Assembly (NCBI GenBank): GCA_036172245.1
Contig: JAYWIR010000014.1
Span: 2,604,001-2,668,000, forward strand
Length of the DNA stretch: 64,000 nucleotides
Direction: 5' to 3'
Source: Raillietiella orientalis
Taxonomy: Eukaryota
This document shows positions 1-11,047 of this stretch, piece after piece. Under the pieces are notes generated by a model. The model searched no databases. It saw only the letters and a program-made list of their open reading frames with translations, and was not told where the DNA came from. Each line of letters begins with the position of its first letter. The stretch's first letter is position 1. Both the position numbers and the translations under genes were made by a program.

Positions 1-850
1 AGTTTTCTTCGCATGGATGACGTCCCTCCCTGCTATCGGCCTTGGTTGGGTTATCAATTTAGGACACGAAAAGGAAAAGATAAGAGAATAGGTCCATTGG
101 ATATTGTTCGGAGTACTTCTCATCCCACTTTGGTGGGTGCTTAAAAGCATGCTTTTCTTATGTAATCGCTGCTCATTAGATGTCGTTTCACAAGGAGCTA
201 ATGCGACGTGTGATGATCGTGTTCTCCTCCGCAGGGAAAGTATCCACGATTCGGCTCTTCATTAGATTGCCGCTTGCATAGATCTCCGCTCAGGTGTGCG
301 TTTCGAACCGGCTAAAGAAGCGGATTACTCATGGAAAACGTTCCCAGACGAATCTGGCACGTCATCGCATCGCAGGAGCGTCATCGGTCCATTCTGGAGG
401 AATGGATGATGCAGTGGTATGCGCAACCGTGGACCTACTCCTCAGAATAAAAAGAAAAAAAACCCTGCCTTGTGATAACTTGATTTCCTATTTCTCCTCC
501 TGCAAAAGATTCCCCCACCTAGAGAGTTTCGCGTTTATTTCCATCTTGAGTTAGAGGAGGATTTTGGTTGAAGCTGCATGCGATTTTCAGCCACAATTAC
601 CAGATGCAAACAATCTTTCTTGAGGAGCGCAGCAACATTTCTTTTGAAGGTCCGTTTGCAAGCCGCGTGAGGATTCCGTGCGGTTGTCTTGGAAACCCGG
701 AAAACAACGATTTAAACAATAGGAAAATGGCGGAGCTCTCACTGGGAAAACCGCGTGGGGCAAAACGAGCAGCCTATTCTCAGTTTCATTTGAAGCGTGG
801 TATTTTCTAATGGAGCAAGCGTTTCCTCTGTAAGTGGCCGCGTGGACTAG
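1..850 (-). mobile_element. Degenerate C2H2 zinc-finger array, probably retroelement relic (runs off window start)
   Basis: Minus-strand translation gives broken finger-like motifs (GCSFCPTRF near 770-750, GCKRTF near 660-645, LRCDDVPD near 380-355) with stops and frameshifts. Short DNA similarity to the finger region near 9220-9265. Confidence 0.4.
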
Positions 851-3775
851 GAGGCGGCAGTTCCCTGGACTCCTCTCAGAACAGGTGCATATGAGAACAA
901 GGGACTGAAAATCAGGTGATCAAAGCCGGTGTCTGTTCTTGGGAGTACGTCCGTGCTAGCGTATACCATCGCATCATCTATTCTTCCAGAAGAATAGATG
1001 ATGAGGAACGTCGCCAGACTCAGCAGTCCTCCTCTCCTTCCTCGACATGTGGGGCGCTCGGGAGGGAGAGCGAGAGGATGATCTCTAGATGGCGATGCCC
1101 TCCTCTTTGCAAAATGGTGGCCATCTGCCTGCCGCGCGTGCGCCGCGTGCTGCTATCTGACCGTCTGAAAGCGGGATAGGAGGAGTCACAGGCGCGAGAT
1201 CACGCAGCGGAAGGTATCCGCAGGGAAGGAGGAAGGACTTCGCAGCCCCTGTCTTATTCTCCCTCCCGGATTGCGTCCAGACTGACCGGGAGGCGGGGAT
1301 GCCCCCCTGCAAGTCGGGGGATGGGTCTGCCCAGGAAGACACAAGCCAACCTGCCAAGAGAGTGTTCCCGAGGGTACAACTCCCATCCAGGGGCAAGATC
1401 TCCACCCCCACCCCTTTCCCCCCCGACCATAAAAGACCCTCATCCTTGCCTTGGTTTTGCGTGACGCCATCTCGGGCAGCAGCGATCAGTGGGGGAAAGG
1501 AAGAGAGGTGGAATTTAGGAGGTTCCTTCCTGCCTCCCACTCTTCTTTCTCACCCTTCTCACGCTAGCTGTCTCCCCTATCCGAGGCGATCCCCTTGCAG
1601 TCGACGATTTCCCCGGAAGAGACAAGGCCACTAGATTTCCTTTTTTTTATTGTCCCCCTCCTTTTTCCCGTTCCAGACTTTTGGATATCCCTACCCGCGT
1701 GTCGGTGCCCTCCCCTCTTGAACTTCTTTTGTCTTCGGTTGGGAGCTGCGTGTTTCCCAACTGGTTTATTTTTAGAAAATAAATGTCCTGGCGTGACTGG
1801 GTGAAAAACTTCCCCGGAAGAGAGCTGCCCGGAAAGCCGGTAGGCACTACAAAACCTCGGGCAAGCAGCGGGCCAGCGTCATGCCAAGCTCGGGGAGCCA
1901 GAAGGCAACCTCTTTGACTCTCTCCACCTTCCTGGTTCAAGCCGAACCTCCGAACTATCTCCAAACGCCCTTAGCAACCAGCAAGCGCCGGGGAAGAACG
2001 AAGGGGGCTTGACTACTCCCGTTTTCCTTGTTCCTGTTCTGAGACAGTCTGGGTGGGTGTGAGGTGGTGGAGGGAAAGTTTGGCAACCCTGGATCCTCCA
2101 TCTATGAGGCTCCGGCAGATGCAGACGAGGGAGGTGGAGGGAGTGCTCAAGCCGGCTGCTCTCCCGTCCTCCCTCTAGGGGAGCAACACCTACTCTGGTG
2201 AGATCGCTGGTGACAAGATCTCGGATCCAAAGCAGTCCATAAAAACAGCTCCCCCCTTTTTCCCGGAGAAAGAAAATTCGCTAGAGGGGGACTTGTTTAG
2301 ACGCCCTCATCCACGGAATTCTTTCGTGGCGAAATCATTATGCCCTAGAATGGGACCATTTCCCTTTCTTCCAGGGCCCTAGAGTGACCATTGTGCGCTC
2401 ATGCGCGATCGCGAGAAGTTGCGAACTTCCTTCGCACGCTCATGGTCCCCCGTCGCCGTTTCCCCACCTGCATTCCTTTCTACGCCCTGCCCCCCCCCCC
2501 TCCCTCATCATTCCTCCTTCCCCCTCCAGTCCCACAACCCATGCTGCGTTGGCATCACTACCCGTGGGGCTGGCGAGATCCAAGGCGACCAAGCGAGGAG
2601 GGACGCTGCAGCCGCAACCGCCGCCGCAGATACCGGGCTCCTCGGTAGTGCCTCTGCCTGGGAAGGGACGGGCAGGCGGGCGTGAGGATTTCAAAGGCGC
2701 GCGCGCCGTCAACTCCAAGTTGGGATCAGTGGGATCCAGGGTGCAGTCTCCTCCTCCTTTCTCGACGAAGGATTTCTCTCTCCCGCTCGTTCTCTGGTGC
2801 TCCCCGGGTGGAGCGGAGGTCGTGGGAGGACTCGCATCTGCTCTCTGGATTTCCTCGCCCTCTCGTCTTCTTCCGCCATCGTCCCCCGCGGAAGCCTCCT
2901 CCTCCCCCGTGTTCCGCAAAGCAGGTCCCAGCTCCTATCCTTATCTCCGCCGGTTCTTTCCAGATCGTCGGAAGATCAATGCGGCCATTCCGGAAAGCGC
3001 GGTTATCCTTTCTCTCCTCGCTGTCTCCTTCCGTCCCGCCTTTCTCTTCCCCCCCTCCCCCAAGGGGTCGAGGAGGAAAAAAAAGAGGGGGAAGGAAGAA
3101 AAAAAAAAAAAAAACTCGTGCACGAATCCGCCGCTGCCGTCCCGAAGGCGCCAAAGGGGCGGCAGCAGAGACTCCGGTCCTGCACGCCGCACTCCGCTGT
3201 CCCCATGAGATTCCCGGAGCGCATCGATCTCCCAGGGGGCAACCACGTGGACGCCCCGCTATCCGGGCCGTGGGGTGTGCCGCTCTTGCTCACGGCCAAG
3301 GACGCGTTGCCTTCGCGCTTGCACTTGGCATCGTCGCTTCCGCAGCTGGGCTGCCGTCATCCAGCTCAGGTCCGGCCCGGCCGTTCGAAAGGAACGTCCG
3401 GAGGATTCCGGCTGCCACCGTGGGTGCTCCAGCGGGAACGGGCTCCTGTCCGTGACTCGCTCCTCGCCGTTGCTTCCGTTCCGCAGGGGACGAGCCACGG
3501 AGCAGACCTCGGGTCGCGGGGCCCCGGATCAAACGCGGAAGACTCGCGGTCGCGTGAAGTTCGGCCCTTCGCGAATGCACGCACGCACGAAGATCCCGCT
3601 ATCCTTCTTTCCTGGCTTCGGAGAGGGGCTCTCCCATCCCTGTGAGCTCGCTGCCTTCCAAGGATTCGCCTCCACGAACGGGCGCTCTCTTGGGAGTCGC
3701 CGCAGCGGCATCCCGAGCTGTGCTCCTCCACTTCCATCCCGAAATGAGCGCCGAAGTCACCTGTCCCCATTTGGC

Positions 3776-3836
3776 GGCAGTGTGGCTGCGGTCTCCGCAC
3801 GAGCGGCGTCGCGCGGCGCGGGTTCGAATCCCACCG
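3776..3836 (+). pseudogene. tRNA-Leu-like degenerate sequence inside the repeat family
   Basis: ggcagtgtggc..gcggtct resembles the 5' end of tRNA-Leu, and ggcgcgggttcgaatcccaccg matches its T-arm/B-box. The anticodon arm and 3' acceptor strand are not intact. Confidence 0.35.
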
Positions 3837-3954
3837 GGAAAGGATCGGTATCGAGAGTGAAGGGTGCGTCGTAGGTTTCGATTCCCTCCCTTCCCCCCCA
3901 GGATGGCGCGGTTGGCCTGCATTCACCCCACTGGTTGATACACGGTCACACTGG

Positions 3955-4470
3955 AGCGTTTACTTATAAAATAAACATACAGGTTAGTGGCAGGACGTTT
4001 GAGTCTGCCACCTTACTTACATCTTCGAGAAGGCACCTGTAGGGAACTAGCACGCAGGCCAGCGGAGTTCGCCTTGCAGCACAGGGGAAGGGTGGACAAA
4101 CAGAAAATACATACAAAAACATTGGGAGGGTCCGGGAAGGGATCACCAGGTGCTGGAGGGCGTCCTCTGCATCCTATGCAGGATGCCGGCAAGTTCCTGT
4201 TTCACTGTTCCCAGATGGAACCATCTTGACGCTGTCCTTATGAAGAGGACAGCCAAACAGATGGCGTCCCTGTCGTTCTGGCCTCCTCTGGCGTTGCTCC
4301 ATGCAGCCACGGTCCCGCTACGTGGGCAGCATAGTGCTGCTAGGGATGCGGCCGGCGTGAAGGCGTCGCTCAGGAAGAGACTCTTCAGAACGCCTCTGTT
4401 GTTGCCTCCAGAGGTTGCAAGAGGGATGTTCACGGTAGAGTCCCCAAAGATTCCGAAGGGCAACACAGTT
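3955..4470 (-). mobile_element. 5'-truncated 3' end of an L1/Tx1-like LINE
   Basis: Minus-strand gtgaacatccctcttgcaacctctgg resembles gtgagccctcttgcattttctgg in the C-terminal region of the LINE at ~57510-57530. ORF 4143..4466 is followed by a UTR-like segment, and the piece is flanked by CACTGG at 3949-3954 and 4471-4476. Confidence 0.5.
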
Positions 4471-4500
4471 CACTGGGGGAAGCCGGAAATCCCCGGTCGC

Positions 4501-4877
4501 CCCCGTCGACTGGTCGGGATTGGAGGTCGACCTTCCAGGGTGCCTTCCAGGAACCAAGGAATGCCGGTTGCTTCCGGGGTTCCCCTCCGTTTGTGAAAAT
4601 GGAGCTGTCTCCCCCATCCTCAGGGGGTGCCTATTCATAGCGTTCCATGGAACTGATGGACTGATACCACTCCAGAATGTGAAGCTCGCTGCTCCCTCCA
4701 GAGAGCGCCTTTCAGGGAAAATTCGGACGCGTCCCTTCGGGGTTCTATTCAGAGGAGGGAAGAAGGAGCGGATCTTTTCTTGGGGGGTCCCTCCGGACAG
4801 AATAAGGAAGAGGTTCCTTTCGGAGTTCCCTCCAGAGACGACTTCTCCCTCTGAAGCGGAAGGAACCGGCACTTCTG
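4501..4877. repeat. 377-bp near-identical direct repeat of 63624-64000
   Basis: Direct comparison shows about 4 mismatches (4652, 4860, 4864-4865), offset 59123 bp. Confidence 0.95.
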
Positions 4878-5346
4878 CTGCTGTTGCACCAGGATCTTTC
4901 CTGCAACGCACGCCGACACCACTGGACTCTGGGTAGGAAGACCCTGGACTGCCGTAAATGCGGGGCGGAACGGGAATCCTTCCCGCACTTGCTCGTGGAC
5001 CGTGTTGCCCTCCGGCCTCCACGGCAGCGTTTCAAGATGATCCTCCGGATCCGGGATGGCACCTTCCCCAGGGACTTGTCACTACTCCTCTTCGTGCGGG
5101 ATGCCCTGCAGCCAGACGCAGCCCCAGCAGCGCTTTGCTGTATCCGCGGGATTGCAGCGGTAGCCTGGAGCGAAGTCGACAGACGAAGAAACGGGAGGGA
5201 CGCCTCCAGCTCGCAGTTTGCTTTCTGCAGATGGCCTCCAGGTGGCCCCATCTGGGACCTATTCGGACGGACTTAACTGGCATCCAAGATGAAAAGGATG
5301 CAGACTCCCTCCAGTGGACGCTGATCCCTTCCCGACCCTCCCAATG

Positions 5347-5398
5347 ATTTTTATTTATTTTTATTAACTGTCTTTTTTTTATTTTTATTTTTTGTTTT
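5347..5398 (-). repeat. A-rich (AAAAT-like) tail on minus strand, likely retroposon 3' end
   Basis: ttttatttatttttatt...ttttttttatttttattttttgtttt embedded in otherwise GC-rich DNA. Confidence 0.45.
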
Positions 5399-5559
5399 CT
5401 TCCTTCCCTCTCCGCTGCCGAGGGGAGTTCTCCCCGCCAGTCCGCGCATCGGCGACCCGGCCGGTCCACAGACAGACTGAGCGTGGCAGGGCCACCACGC
5501 GTGTCCCGCCACAGTGTGAGAGTTTGTAAGAGACGTCCCGGCGTGTCCTAGTGGGAATC

Positions 5560-5855
5560 GGAAGGGGAAGAAGGGAGCGGTTCCCTTCCCGGGAGGTGCC
5601 ATTCGGAGAAGGAATTCCAAGGGAGGGTCCTTTCCAAGTTCCTTTCGTAGTAGAAGTGGGGAGCGGCCCCCACAAACCAAGGACTCCCTCCGGAGAGAAT
5701 CAGGAAGAGGTTCCTTTTCGGAGACAACTAAAGTGGAAAGTTCCCTTCGGGGTTTTCTCCCGGGAGTGAGGGAAAACGGACTCTTTCCTCCGGAACCCTT
5801 CCTGGATTCATAGAGTGGTCCCCTCCCGGGGTACCCCCTAGCTTGAAGAGTCACA
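5560..5855 (-). repeat. Diverged copy of the repeat at 55170-55450
   Basis: cctggattcatagagtggtcccctcccggggtaccccctagcttgaaga vs cctggattcatagggtggtttcctcccggggtatcccttatcttgaaga, with further matching upstream. Confidence 0.8.
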
Positions 5856-7399
5856 CGCCCCCTCGGATGGCGTGGGAAGTGTCAAAGAGCTTCTTCTTGA
5901 GCCCTCAGGCGAACTTTTGCACTTGGCGAACCGAGGTCACTTCCTACCCCGAGGCTGGAGAGGGTGATGCAAGACGGATGCGGTGTCTCCCGACAGTCTT
6001 TCCCGCGCACTCTTCATCTTCACGATTCGGTCCAGTTCTTCAGAGGACCGGCTTCCGTCTCCCGGGACGGAGACCGAAGCTGCCTGGGTAGGAGTCCGCC
6101 AGTGGCGTGGGGTGCAGAGAGTTCGACCGCGGAGAAGGGCCAGCCGCTGCTCACCAGAGGCGTCCTCGGTCGCAGCGACCGCGGCGGCGAGCCCCATGCC
6201 GAGGAAGACGTCTCCCGGGACCAGGATCGCATCCCGGCCTTCTCGCGCATGGGGAACGGGATGAGTCTTCCGGGAGAACCGCCGGTTCTCGAGAGCAGAA
6301 CACCCCTGTTTAGAGGAGGGTACGAGCAGGGGCGGGTGGGGCTAGGGGGACGCGTGCGACGCCCAGCGGAAGGCTCGCGCGTTGCGGGCGCTGCGAAGGC
6401 CGCCCCACCGGGGAACCGAAAGAGGAGGTGGAGGGCGCACGCAGAAATCCACGGTCGCCAAGAAGAAGGGTTCCTCCCGCCGGAATGGGGCTGCGCGTGC
6501 GCCAAGAGTATGATCAGCCCTGTGGCGAATTTCTCTCTCTGCTCTTGACCAATGGCGAAGAGCCGATCTTTTGTCTTTTTTTGTTCTGTTTTGTTTTGTC
6601 AGCCCGCCTCCTTGCCTCGCACCCGCTCGCCGTCGCCAGCGCGCAGAAGGGCATTCTTGGACGGCGCGGATGGCTGGCGGAACTCGTCCAGAGGGACGCA
6701 GGGAAGCGAACGGACCCGGGAGGAGTTCGGAGCGCGCGAAGAGAGTGGGGGAGCAGGACCAGGGTTTCGACGCCGCTCACCGTCACGAGTGACCGTCGAG
6801 GGTACGGGCACGGGCCCTTTCAGGCGCGACGGCGGAGCCCGCTGACGACCCCATGCGGAACGGGAAGGGCTGCGAGTACGGAGCTCGGGTAGCCGCGACG
6901 TCCGTTCAGGCGGCGAGGGAGCCGCGCGAGCATCGCCTGGCCCAAGCTCGCGCAGAATGCGGCAAGCCTGGCGGAAAGGGCGCTGCTCCCGTGGGAAAGA
7001 GCGGGCAGCTCCTGCTGGCGGAAACAGGGTGGACTAGGAGGCGCTTGGAAACCGACGGAGCAGAACCTCGTCCGCTAGCCGTCGCGACGCGGGGTACCGG
7101 CGGCGATCTCAGGGAAAGCACGCGCGCCGGCCCCGCGCGATCTTGCGAGGAGGCGGGTGCCACCCTCGGTTGCGAGAGGAAGCGCTCAGAGGCAGCGTCC
7201 CATGAGGGGAACGCGAAGACTGGCACAGCCGATAGAGCTCGCAGGGGGTGAGGTAGCGCAGCCCCGAGGGGAGGGGGTCGACATGTCGGCGCTGAAACCT
7301 GGCGACCCTCAACGAATGCGTTCCGCGGGGAACGCTTCGCATACGCAGGACCCCCTTCCCGAAGATCTGCGCCGCCGTGCTCTGGAGCCTGCCGTTGGC

Positions 7400-9700
7400 G
7401 TCCTTCCTTGAATTTCTAGGCTGCATTGTTGTCCGCCATGCTGATCGCGCATGTTGACGTCACGCCACGATCTGCACTCGAAGTGGACCGCTTTTAAGCG
7501 CCTCCCCATGTATTTCGGGTACTGCTTGCCATCCGCGTCCGAGGTCCTTCCGGCGTGTGGTGGGCCTTGGCTCATGGAGGCCGGTGGACCTACGTGATGA
7601 TGCTTCGGAGCCACTCGTGGACGCGCCACTAATGGCATTCGCGTCAAATTAAGAATGCGATGCGGATGCTGAGTTGCCGTCAGTGGCCGGCTCAGCCAGA
7701 TGGCGGCTGCGAATCGGACAAGCCGAACCGCCTCGCTGCCGGCGGAAGGATCGGATTTCTGCCGATCCACACAAGAGTTCAGAATCCTGCCATGGGCGGC
7801 AGCACTGATCCGTAAAGCCTTTCAGTGAATTCCAATGCTGCGGTCGGTCGAGCCATCTGCAAATGAGTCGGGCAGTTAAACACGCGCGTGTTTGTCCGAG
7901 ACCACTTCGCGTCAACTGCGTGGTCGGAGACCATTTGGTCCGTCACCGTCCTTTCCTACTGGAGGCTGTTGGCACGGCACGGCGATTCGTCCGGGCATCG
8001 CGGGCGTTCAAATTCCATCGCAATGGCAGTTTGTTCCGAAGCCTCGCATCGGCTGCGGAAGCACCGTCGAGAGGACGACACCACATCCTGGAAAAGGACA
8101 GGCTGAGATCCATGCTCCGACACTGGCACAGGGGGAGATCGCCTTCCCGCAATGCCCGCGCGTGGCCTGATGGAACGGCAAAGTTCCTCGAGGAACCACC
8201 CACAGTCAGCACCCCGAGTCCCTTTGGCCTTGCTCTACTCCAGGAGACTCAGGGCATCCCTGAAGGAGCGGGAGAGCTTTCGTCACCCACGCCCCACGGT
8301 GTCGCTGAGCTGCCGAGACGGCATAGCGGTGTGGAATTTCGGAGGAAACGACGGGTGGAGACCAGTGGGCAGGATGCCCCATCTGCACTTGAACGCACGC
8401 CGTGGATGTGGACTTGGGGTATCCTCTACTGTCTTTCGCGCTGTTACTGGTGGCCCTCCGCGCGGTGGTGGTAATGGTGATGAGTGTTCACCGCTGCTGG
8501 TGGTTTGACCGTTGCGTCCAACGTGCATCTTGAGGATGCTGAGTGTTTCTTCCTTCAGGTGTTCCACCTGCACGCGGGGAATCTCCTCGTCCCCTGGGTC
8601 CTGTAACCAGCGTTCTCACCGGAGTAGGTGCAGCTCCCCTGGAGCAAGGGCGGGAGAGCAGTTGGCTTGAGAGCCCCCTCCTCCGTCTCCCTTCGTCTGC
8701 ATCTGCTGGCGCCTCGTAGAAGGTGGAGCAGCCATCGAACAGTCGAGACCCCCTTACAGGGGATGGGCAGCACATCGGCTGGCTTTCTCCAATGCCACCC
8801 ATCCCGAGGGACTTCTCCTCTGGTCGGATTTCCTGGGAATCCCCTTGGACGGATGAAGGATGGAGGGAGGATCCCACGAGGTGCTTCCGGACGGCTCCCT
8901 CTTCCTCCTGAAGTTCAAGACTCGCCGTTGCGACTTCTGCGCCGAGGTTTCCCACACAAAGCACGCCTCCACTGCTGGACCAGAGGATGCATCGCAGAAG
9001 GACCGCTCCAGGCGCGGAAGGGAAGGAACTTCGAACCTTCTTCCGAACTCCTGCACCTGCCTCTGAAGTGTGCTGCCCTCCAGAGCGTTTGGGCGAGGGA
9101 CCAGGAACCATGCCCGGAACAGGCGCAACGTTCTCTGTAAGGGTCATACAGCAACTGCTCGCTCCGGGAGATCCTTGAACATCCCGGGAAGAGTGTGTGG
9201 GAGGGAAGAACTTCCCTTTCCACAAGCTGCCCTCTCTGGGAGAGCACATAGGCAGCAGCGTTTCAGCTAGATGGGAGGTCATTACGAAAATCTCCCCCGG
9301 GAGCAAAAGACTTGGTGAATGAATGACGGGTCAGCTCACGAACGCTGCGACCCCGAGTGTTCCACATCGAGGACTTCTGCGCTGGGGCGAGCTGCTGCGT
9401 ATTTCGGTGGAAAATCTGCAATGGTCCCTGGCACTCTTGGAACTTGCATCCTACCCTTGGAGTGGCAAAGTCGGCGTTGGTGCTGATGCTCTGGAGTCTC
9501 CCGTGCAAAGTCCGCAGGCATCACTGGACACAGGGGTGTGAGAGCTAGGACTGTGCCATGTGCAGGGGACCTGAATCCTTTCCGTACCTGCTTGTGGATC
9601 ATGTTGCCCTTCGGTCCCTCTGCGAGCGGTTTGCCGCGACTCTAGGATCCCTGGTGGCAACTCCAGGGACGCTTCGAGACCCTTCCTCCTACGCGAGGCA
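7400..9700 (-). mobile_element. Degenerate multi-C2H2 zinc-finger array (retroelement-associated or pseudogene)
   Basis: Finger-like remnants in several minus frames: LCPV..FA...HQRRLCH (ORF 9336..9602), CKFQEC (9263..9508), LFPGCSRISRSEQLL (8915..9247), CPFPGCG (8008..8199), VHFECRS (7309..7770). Many frameshifts. Confidence 0.5.
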
Positions 9701-10889
9701 CTTCGGTCAGCAGCCTTGCTAGCAGCTCCCTGCTGTCTGCGTGGGATTGTGGAGGTCTGGAGAGACGCAAGAGGAGGACATGGCGACAGGAATGCCATCC
9801 ACTTTGCCGCGGGGCACGCACGCCGCCACACACCTTTCCCATGGCATCGCCCCGAGCGTTTGCCCTCGCCAGCGCTTGACCTCCGTCCTGCTCCGCAAGA
9901 GCTGAATCCGAGGAGAGCACACGAAGAAAGGATGAGTCTCTAGCAGACGTTTCCCTGAACAAGAGAAGACGAGCAGCCCTCGCGTTCGATCGAACAGGAG
10001 CCCTGGTGACATCCAGGGACTGGGGAACGCCCCGCCGCTTAAGGGAGCGTACCGGGCCGACATCTGCAGAAGTCGGACCCGTGTCTCTCGAGGAGGAAGT
10101 TTCTCGGTCCATCCTATCCTGAGAGGGAACACTTCTGGTTCCCTAGCAAGCCGAGGAGCGCTCTTCCGGCGTTCCTCGAAGAGGAGCGCTTGCAACTCCT
10201 CATGTGGGGGGGCTGCAACCGCCGCTCATGATGTGCGGGGGCAGCATCTTTCCACTCGGAAGACGGGACACGGTCCAGCCCGGACCACAGTCCTCGCCTC
10301 CCCCCCCCGCTTGCTCGAGGGTGTCGTTGCAAGGCTCGGGGCGTCGACATCGGTCCGCATCGTCGTGTCGCGGGCTTCGGGCTCCATCCGGAGGGCTCCT
10401 GATGGGGTATCCGGGATGCGGCTTGGACTTTTTCCCTGAGCGTCTCCTGCCGTCCCTCCTTGCATCCTGGAAGGTCTCCTAGGAGGTCCCGCGGAGGCAG
10501 AATGCATCGCCCTCACTCGACCCCACCCTTTCCCTCCCCATCAGACTGCAGGCGCCCCTCCAAGCTTGAAGGGATCACTTGTCTTTGCTTCATTTGCCTA
10601 AGGCGGCTGAGACTTCGAGGGTTGCTGAGCAGATGGAAGCTGAGGCTCCTCTGTCTTCCTGGATCTCCCCGCCCCAACTTCGCTTGATCCCTTCTTCCGT
10701 CCTTCCCATCTGGAGAGGTTTCCTTCACGGGGCGCGGAACGCTGAGAGGGCGCTGACGTGGCAGCATCTCTTCCAGGAACGCTTGTGGCAGCAGCGTCTC
10801 TCCTGCTGCCACCTGGCCCTTCGCTTCTTTGCCTACTCTATGGCGAGAGGCTGCGTGGGGCTTGCTGGTTGGTTGATCTCCCGGACGCG

Positions 10890-11047
10890 AAAGAGGGAGG
10901 AAGAAAGGAGGAAGGAATGGAGGGAGGGAGGAGGGGGAGGAGGAGGGAAGAGGAAGAGAGGAAGGAGGAGAAAGGAAGAAGAGAGGAAGAAGAGAGGAGG
11001 AAGGAAGGAGGAAGGAAGGAACAGGGAGGGTGAGGAATGGAGGGAGT
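10890..11047 (+). repeat. Polypurine (GGA/GGAA/AAG) low-complexity tract
   Basis: About 158 bp almost entirely A/G on the plus strand. Confidence 0.9.

Larger units (their letters stand above)
3200..5340 (-). mobile_element. Copy of GC-rich repeat family (putative non-LTR retroelement N-terminal region), interrupted at 3955-4470
   Basis: Segments align by eye to 63170-64000, 54570-55160, 14280-14560 and 19620-19740 (e.g. ccgtgggtgctccagcgggaacggg at ~3418 vs ccctgggtgctccacgggtacggg at ~19712). A finger-like CGKDSRSAPHLRQ lies in ORF 4745..5251. Confidence 0.6.

Noticed and set aside
2081..2091. tggcaaccctg, a common DNA-transposon terminal motif
   Set aside because: No matching left terminus or target duplication found. 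The similar motif at 17042 is in the wrong arrangement.
2384..3926. Many long overlapping ORFs (up to 282 aa) in GC-rich DNA, and likewise elsewhere in the flanks
   Set aside because: Low-complexity P/R/G/S translations open in several frames are expected from high GC content; no recognisable domains.
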